A stretch of DNA of 64,000 nucleotides from contig CAXXWC010000021.1 of the NCBI GenBank assembly GCA_963668645.2, forward strand, positions 608,001 to 672,000, read 5' to 3'. Each line of letters begins with the position of its first letter. Positions within the stretch are counted from its first letter, which is position 1. Positions 53,201 through 62,200 of this stretch are shown here, piece by piece. A model generated the notes under the pieces. The model was given only the letters and a program-made list of their open reading frames with translations, was not told where the DNA came from and did not search any database. A program made the position numbers and the translations under genes. This DNA is from Desulfobacterales bacterium. GTDB taxonomy: Bacteria; Desulfobacterota; Desulfobacteria; Desulfobacterales; UBA2174.

Positions 53201-56200
53201 CGGAAGAAACGTACTGGCCGGCCTGCTGATCCCCGCCCGAAGTCCCGGCGATTTCAATGACCTGCTGCCCGGATGAAAGGTAAAAATCGTTCCAGTCGTC
53301 TCCATTGCCGAGGACCAGGTACACGGTTCCGTCCCGGTCACTGGTATCGTCGTAATACTTGCCGCTGGAATAGTACCGGTCCGTGGAACGCGGCGCCCCC
53401 ACCAGAAAATCCGCGTACCCGTCCCCGTTGATGTCTCCGGCGGCCGAGACGCTGTAACCGGCCCAGTCCCAGGTGTCGCCTCTCATGGTCACGACCTGAC
53501 CGCTGGTGTTGTCGTTCAGTGAAATGTCCGTCCATCCGTCTTGCTGGCCGTAGACCAGATAGGTCAGGCCCCGCTGATTGGTGGAATTGTCATCCGTTGT
53601 AGTCATGTCGCCGCCGATGACCAGGTCGTCGTATCCGTCCCCGTTCACGTCGCCCACCCCGGCTATGTGCATCCTGTCGTTAGTGAACGCGAAACCGTTG
53701 ATGACAATCCCGTTGTCCCCGAGGTCGTTCAGGTCCAGGTCGGTCCAGCCCCCGGCCTTGCCGAAGATCAGGGCGGCCTGGTCGTCGGTGCCGAACTGGA
53801 TGAGAAAATCGTCGTATCCGTCCCCGTTCACATCCCCGGCCGATTGGACAGTGTCCGTATAGCGGGCTGTCGGCCCGCCGGTAATGGTCACGCCTCCTGT
53901 GCCGAGGTCGTCCAGATCGATCTCACCGAACCCGGTCTCCCGGCCGAAGATCAGCCAGGAAGTTTTGGCCCCGTAAGCGCTGACCAGGATATCGTCCAGG
54001 CCGTCCCCGTCCACATCCCCGAGACCGGCCACGGCGCAACCGGCATATTCATTGATGCCCGAGTTGATCAGGGTCAGTCCGGCCTGTTCGCCCACGCCGA
54101 ACTCCGAGATCTGGTCGGTGGGGTTGGTGTAGTAGAAGCGGATGCCCGCCGTGTAGACTACGGTGGCCTGGCCATCTTCGGAAATCACCGTCTTGTAAGT
54201 GGTGTCGCCGATGATCCGGTCTTCGCCCTCGGTCCACTCTCCTTGCAGGTAGAGGTAATCCCTGGTTTCACCGGACACGACCAGTTCGTTGTCGCTGTCC
54301 GTGGCCGCGATGACGTCTTCGGCGCTCAGGGTCAGGCTGTTGGTGATGCCGGTGGTCCTGAGCATGGTGATCTCTTCGATGTCGGTCAGGGCCGTAGCTG
54401 GCAGGAGGGTGGTGTCCAGGGAGGTGGATTCCCTTGAGATGTCCACCACGTCGTAGCCTTCTCCACCGTCGATCTGGGTAAAATTGGTGCTGTCCAGAAC
54501 GATGATGTCGTCCCCCCCGGCCGAGACCGCGGATCCGGCTTCCGGTACTGTCAGCTCATCGTCGCCATCGGTGCCGAAAACGGTCACGCCGCCCAGTTCG
54601 TTGGTCACGACGATCGTGGACGCGGCCGAGACCTCCACGGACGCCTCATTCAGAGTCAGGACGTAATAATCGACTCCGTCATGGGTAGCCGTTCCCTGGC
54701 TCACCCAGGACCCGAACAGGTTGACCACATCGTCCCCGTCCCCATGGATGATCAGACTGCCCGCGTCCGATGCCCCCATGACCGCATCCTCGTCAGCGGT
54801 CAATTCATTGGCGCCCGTACCGGTCAGATCGATCTTTTCGATTCCCAGAATCCGGTTCCCGGCATCCTCTGTCAGGTCGATATGCTCGCCGGCCCCATCC
54901 ACCCGCAGGGTATCGGTGCCCGTGCCCCCGTCGAAACGGCTGTCCGCGGCATCGTAGACCAAAACGTCGTCACCCGCGCCGCCGTCCAGGACATGATCGC
55001 CCGTTCCGCCGGTCAAGGTGTCGTCACCTTCTTCACCCCGGATGACGTGGTCTCCGGTGCTGTCGGAAAGGGTATCGGCCCCGTCCGTGCCGTGGATAAC
55101 CGAAGCGATGGTCACTTCCGGAGCCACCAGCACGGTGGCCTCCCCCGAAACATACCGGAAATTGCCGTCCCCGTCCGTGCCGTCAGCGGTCCATGTACCG
55201 TCCAGATTGACGATGTCTCCGCCGTCCCCCCGGACCTCCAGGGTCCCGGTATCGCTCATGGCCAGGACATCCACCTCACCCAGAATCAGACGGTTGTCTC
55301 CGGTGCCGGTCAGGTCGATGATCTCGATGCCGGTGAACACGTCATCGGCCGTTTCCGGCAGGTCGATGATCGTCCCGGCGCCGTCCACCCGCAGGGTATC
55401 CGTGCCCGTACCGCCGTCCACCAGGTGGTCTGCTTCGTCATACACCAGGGTGTCGTTGCCCGTACCGCCGTGCAGTTCGTCCACCCCCCTGGCGCCGTCC
55501 AGGATATCGTCCCCCCCAAGACCGCTGACGATATCGGCCCCTTCCCCGCCGGTGAGGGTGTCATCTCCTTCTGTCCCCATGACCACCTGGCCCAGGGCCA
55601 CATCCAGATCCACCAGGACGCGGTTCTCCCCGGACTCGTAGACATCGTAAGTGACCCCGTCGACCTTTTCCGTACCGTGGGCTGTCCATTGCCCGCCAAA
55701 GGTCACCGAATCGCCGGTATCGCCCTTCACGATCAGCAGCCCATCGAAGATCGCCTCCACCGCTTCGGGCGAAACGATCACCGCATTGTCACCGGTGCCG
55801 GTCAGATCGATGATTTCGATGCCGGTGACCTGGCCGTCGGAAAAATCGTCGGTGTCCAGGATCTGCCCGCTACCGGACAACCGCAATGTATCCGTTCCGG
55901 TGCCGCCGTCGATGAGCACATCGTCTGCATCAAAGACAATGACATCGTCCCCGTCCCCGCCATATATGCTGTCCGCACCGCCGCCGCCGTCCAGGGTGTC
56001 GTTGCCTTCCAGTCCGCTCACCGTTTCGGCCGCAGTGCCGCCGGTGAGCACATCTTTGCCCTCGGTGCCGATCACGAGAATGGAAACGCTCACGTCGGGC
56101 GCCACCCGGACCACGGTTTCATCCTGTTCGTAGCAGGTGTATTCCGTGCCGCCGATGGTTTCGGTCCCGGCCGTGTCCCAGGGACCGTAAAGGATGAGAC

Positions 56201-59200
56201 TGTCCCCTGCATCGCCGGTAACGGTCAGGGTATCCGTATCTGTCAGGGCGGAAATATCCGATCCGGTCAGGGTGAGACTATTGTCCCCGGTGCCGGTGAT
56301 ATCGATGATCTCGATGTTCCGGAGCAGCCCGTCGTCCAGGTTCGTCAGGTCCAGATCCTCGTCCACGAGCAGGGTATCCGTATCCGTGCCCCCGTCGATG
56401 ATGCTGTCGTTGGCATCGAAAACCAGCCGGTCGTCCCCGGCACCGCCACGTAGGATGTCGCTGCCGCCGGCCCCGTCGATGAAATCGTTTCCGGCTTCGG
56501 CCCGGATGACATCGATGCCCGCAGTTCCGATGAGGGTGTCATCATTCTCCGTACCCGTAATCACGTTGCCGACGGTGATCCCGTCCAGAACCTTCAGGGT
56601 CGCACCGTTCAGAGTGTAGACATGATAGGTTTGGCCGGCGATCACCTCGTCCACCGGTCCGGACCATGTTCCCTGCAGATTGACCGTATCCTCCTCGGTG
56701 CCGTCCACCACGAGGGTGCCGTCATCGTTGATGGCCAGGATGTCGGCCGATCCCACGATCAGGCTGTTGCCGCCGTCGCCTGTCAGGTCAATGATCTCGA
56801 TGCCGGTGAATACGCCGTCGTCTGTTTCCATGAGATCGACGACCTGGCCGTGGCCGTCCACGCGCAGGGTGTCTTCACCTTCGCCGCCGTCCACCGAGGT
56901 GTCCGCCGCATCGAAGACCAGGACATCGTCTCCGGACCCGCCCGACAGGCTGTCGGCGCCGGCCTGACCGTCGAGAATGTCGTTTCCGGCCAGACCGGAA
57001 ATAACGTCATCCCCCCGGCCGCCGGTGAGGGCGTCATCCCCGTCGGTGCCTTCAAGATGCAGGTTGGCAATCACATCCGGATGGACCAGCACCACGGCGT
57101 CCCCGTTGATGTATTTGTAGAAGATCTCGTCATCCACCGGCTGGGTGCCGGAAACGGTCCAGGTCCCTTCCAGGGTGACCCGGTCCCCGCTGTCGCCGAG
57201 GATGGTCAGCGTGTCCGAGGTGTCGGAAAGGGCCAGGACATCGGCGGTGGAAAGGATCAGTTGATTGTCGCCGCTGCCGGTGATGTCGATCCGCTCCATG
57301 CCGGTAATGAGGGCATCATCGATTGCGGTCAGGTCCAGAGACACGCCGCTGCCGTCCACGCGCAGGACATCCTTGTCTCCTGCACCGCCATCCATCAGGG
57401 AATCGTTGGGATCGAAGACCAGAATGTCGTTTCCGGCCCCGCCCTGCAGGGAATCGGCGCCGTCCCGGCCGTCGAGGATATCCGGACCGTCGAGGCCCAG
57501 GATGAGGTCCGGCCCGGAGGTTCCGGTCAGGGTGTCAGCTCCTTCGGTTCCCTCGATAATGACAAGCGCGGTGACGGCCGCCGCCACAAGCACGGTCGTA
57601 TCGCCCAGCGTGTATGGCGTGTACGTGGCCCCCCCGATGACCTGATCCTCACCCGCCTGCCATTGGCCCCTGAGATGGATTTCGTCCCCGGCATCGCCAA
57701 GCACCGTCAAGGTGCCGGAATCGCTCATGGCCGCGACGTTGTCCGAGGAAAGGGTAAGAACGTTGTTCCCGCAGCCCGTGATGTCCATGCGGTCGATACC
57801 GGTGATCGCGCCGTCGCCGATGGCGGTCAGATCAAGGGGGAGGCCGGAACCGTTGTTGAGGATCAGGGTGTCGATGCCCTCACCGGCATGGATGGAAACG
57901 ATGTCGGCCGTATCGATGAAGATCAGGTCGTTACCGTCGGAACCGGTGGCGATGACAGGGTTCCTGTCGCCATCGGTGATTTCATTTCTCACCTCGATGG
58001 TGACAACACTCTCGGCCTGGACCCCGTAGTCGTCTTTGACGATGTAGATGAGCTCGGTCGTTTGGGTCTCGTCGATATTGTCCGGCGTGAACGTCAGGCC
58101 ACTGAGCTGCTCGGCAGTGAGTTCACCCGTGGTCGTGACGGCCGTGCCGCCGGCAAGGTACAGGGTACCGTTGTCCGGAAGGGCCGTGATCTCGATGGTC
58201 AGGTTATCCCCGTCGGGATCGGTAGGAGCACTGATATCCAAGGCAATGACGGCGCTGTCGTCATCCGCCATGGACACGACCTTGTCCCCTTCGACCGTGG
58301 GTGCGTTGTTGATGGTGATATTGAGGCTTTTTGAAACACTGGCCGTATCGCCGTTTGTTTCCGTGGCTGTGGCGGTGACATTCAGATCAATGGACCGGTC
58401 CGTATCGTCCGCAAGGGTCAGTGAGAGGCCGCTCAGTTGAGCGGGCGTCAATGTCCAGGATCCGTCCCCGTTGTCGGTCCCGGCAGAGAGGCTCGCACCG
58501 TCCGGAATACCGCTAATGACCAAAGAAAGGGTTTCCGAACCGTCGATATCCGATAGGAGGGAGGATATGGTCAGATCCACAGGGGAATCGGAAGTGGCCG
58601 TCACATCGGCAACGTTCAGGGTTGGGGTATCCGCCACCGCACTCACCGATACCGAGACCACCTGAGTTGCGGTGTTGCCCGCATCGTCGGTGACCGTCAC
58701 CGTAAAGCTGTCAGTGCCGTTGTAGTCCGCATCCGGCGTGTAGTTCCAGGCACCGGTTGCCGCATCGATGCTCGCCGTGCCGTGGGCCGCGTTGTCTCCG
58801 CTTTCGATGGTAAAATAGCTGCCGTCGCTCATGCCGTCGGCATCATCCGTGGCCGTAAGCGTGCCGCTGATCAGCGTATCCTCGTTGCCCGTACCGGAAC
58901 TGTCACCGCCGATGGTGGCCGGATCATCCACCGCCGTCACGCTCACGGTCACCGTGGCCGTCTCGCTCACCCCGCCGCTGGTTACGGTGTAGGTGTAAGA
59001 ATCCTGCCCGTTGAAATCCGCATCCGGAGTGTACTTCACCGTGCCGGCCGCAGCATCCACGATCTCAACGGTGCCGTGACCGGCCTGGGTCACGCTGACG
59101 ATGGCCCGCCCGGTATCTTCGAAAGTGTCGTTAGCCAGCACGTCCGTGGTCACAGACCCGTCTTCGGCAACCTCGGCCGTGTCATCGGTGATGTCCGATA

Positions 59201-62200
59201 CCGCACTTACCGATAACGACACGATTTGGGTCTTGGTGTTGCCCGCATCGTCGGTGACCGTCACCGTAAAGCTGTCTTCGCCGTGGTAGTCCGCATCCGA
59301 CGTGTAACTCCAGGCCCCGGTGCCCTCATCTATGCTCGCCGTGCCGTGGGCCGCGTTATCCCCGCTTTCGATGGTAAAATAGCTGCCGTCGCTCATGCCG
59401 TCGGCATCATCCGTGGCCGTAAGCGTGCCGCTGATCAGCGTATCCTCGTTGCCCGTACCGGAACTGTCACCGCCGATGGTGGCCGGATCATCCACCGCCG
59501 TCACGCTCACGGTCACCGTGGCCGTCTCGCTCACCCCGCCGCTGGTTACGGTGTAGGTGTAAGAATCCTGCCCGTTGAAATCCGCATCCGGAGTGTACTT
59601 CACCGTGCCGGCCGCAGCATCCACGATCTCAACGGTGCCGTGACCGGCCTGGGTCACGCTGACGATGGCCCGCCCGGTATCTTCGAAAGTGTCGTTAGCC
59701 AGCACGTCCGTGGTCACAGACCCGTCTTCGGCAACCTCGGCCGTGTCATCGGTGATGTCCGATACCGCACTTACCGATAACGACACGATTTGGGTCTTGG
59801 TGTTGCCCGCATCGTCGGTGACCGTCACCGTAAAGCTGTCTTCGCCGTGGTAGTCCGCATCCGGCGTGTAGCTCCAGGCCCCGGTGCCCTCATCTATGCT
59901 CGCCGTGCCGTGGGCCGCGTTATCCCCGCTTTCGATGGTAAAATAGCTGCCGTCGCTCATGCCGTCGGCCGCATCCGTGGCCGTGAGCGTGCCGCTGATC
60001 AGCGTATCCTCGTTGCCCGTACCCGAACTGTCACCGCCGATGGTGGCCGGATCATCCACCGCCGTCACGCTCACGGTCACCGTGGCCGTCTCGCTCACCC
60101 CGCCGCTGGTCACGGTGTAGGTGTAAGAATCCTGCCCGTTGAAATCCGCATCCGGGGTGTACTTCACCGTACCGGCCGCAGCATCCACGATCTCAACGGT
60201 GCCGTGGCCCGCCTGGGTCACGCTGACGATGGTCCGCCCGGTATCTTCGAAAGTGTCGTTGGCCAGCACATCCGTGGTCACCGACCCGTCTTCGGCAACC
60301 TCGGCCGTGTCATCGGTGATGTCCGCCACCGCACTTACCGATAACGACACGATTTGGGTCTTGGTGTTGCCCGCATCGTCGGTGACCGTCACCGTAAAGC
60401 TGTCGGTGCCGTGGTAGTCCGCATCCGGCGTGTAGTTCCAGGCACCGGTGCCTTCATCTATGCTCGCCGTGCCGTGGGCCGCGTTGTCTCCGCTTTCGAT
60501 GGTAAAATAGCTGCCGTCGCTCATGCCGTCGGCATCATCCGTGGCCGTGAGCGTGCCGCTGATCAGCGTATCCTCGTCGCCCGTACCGGAACTGTCACCG
60601 CCGATGGTGGCCGGATCGTCCACCGCCGTCACGCTCACGGTCACCGTGGCCGTCTCGCTCACCCCGCCGCTGGTCACGGTGTAGGTGTAAGAATCCTGCC
60701 CGTTGAAATCCGCATCCGGGGTGTACTTCACCGTACCGGCCGCAGCATCCACGATCTCAACGGTGCCGTGGCCCGCCTGGGTCACGCTGACGATGGTCCG
60801 CCCGGTATCTTCGAAAGTGTCGTTGGCCAGCACATCCGTGGTCACCGACCCGTCTTCGGCAACCTCGGCCGTGTCATCGGTGATGTCCGCCACCGCACTT
60901 ACCGATAACGACACGATTTGGGTCTTGGTGTTGCCCGCATCGTCGGTGACCGTCACCGTAAAGCTGTCGGTGCCGTGGTAGTCCGCATCCGGCGTGTAAC
61001 TCCAGGCCCCGGTTGCCGCATCGATGCTCGCCGTGCCGTGGGCCGCGTTGTCTCCGCTTTCGATGGTAAAATAGCTGCCGTCGCTCATGCCGTCGGCCAC
61101 ATCCGTGGCCGTAAGCGTGCCGCTGATCAGCGTATCCTCGTTGCCCGTACCGGAACTGTCACCGCCGATGGTGGCCGGATCATCCACCGCCGTCACGCTC
61201 ACGGTCACCGTGGCCGTCTCGCTCACCCCGCCGCTGGTCACGGTGTAGGTGTAAGAATCCTGACCATTGAAATCCGCATCCGGGGTGTACTTCACCGTAC
61301 CGGCCGCAGCGTCCACGATCTCAACGGTGCCGTGACCCGCCTGGGTCACGCTGACGATGGTCCGCCCGGTATCTTCGAAAGTGTCGTTGGCCAGCACGTC
61401 CGTGGTCACAGACCCGTCTTCGGCAACCTCGGCCGTGTCATCGGTGATGTCCGCCACCGCACTTACCGATAACGACACGATTTGGGTCTTGGTGTTGCCC
61501 GCATCGTCGGTGACCGTCACCGTGAAGCTGTCGGTGCCGTGGTAGTCCGCATCCGACGTGTAACTCCAGGCCCCGGTGCCCTCATCTATGCTCGCCGTGC
61601 CGTGGGCCGCGTTGTCTCCGCTTTCGATGGTAAAATAGCTGCCGTCGCTCATGCCGTCAGCCACATCCGTGGCCGTAAGCGTGCCGCTGATCAGCGTATC
61701 CTCGTCGCCCGTACCGGAACTGTCACCGCCGATGGTAGCCGGATCATCCACCGCCGTCACGCTCACGGTCACCGTGGCCGTCTCGCTCACCCCGCCGCTG
61801 GTTACGGTGTAGGTGTAAGAATCCTCACCGTTGAAATCCGCATCCGGGGTGTACTTCACCGTACCGGCCGCAGCATCCACGATCTCAACGGTGCCGTGAC
61901 CCGCCTGGGTCACGCTGACGATGGTCCGCCCGGTATCTTCGAAAGTATCGTTGGCCAGCACATCCGTGGTCACCGACCCGTCTTCGGCAACCTCGGCCGT
62001 ATCGTTTGCGATGTCCGCTACCGGGCTCACGTTGAAGGTGATTGTGTTGGCGCTGGCATCGAGATCGACCCCTCCGTTCTCGGTTCCGCCATCGTCCTGC
62101 ACCTGAAACGTAAAGCTGGCATACCCGTTGCCGTAGGCATCGGCTGTCGGGGTAAAGACCAGTTTGGTCAGATCAGCTACGTCGATGAAGTCACCCTCAC

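Noticed and set aside
37546..58334. Long + strand ORFs (e.g. 623, 755, 590 and 570 aa) opposite the T1SS and adhesin genes
   Set aside because: Antisense shadows of GC-rich coding sequence with no recognisable motifs
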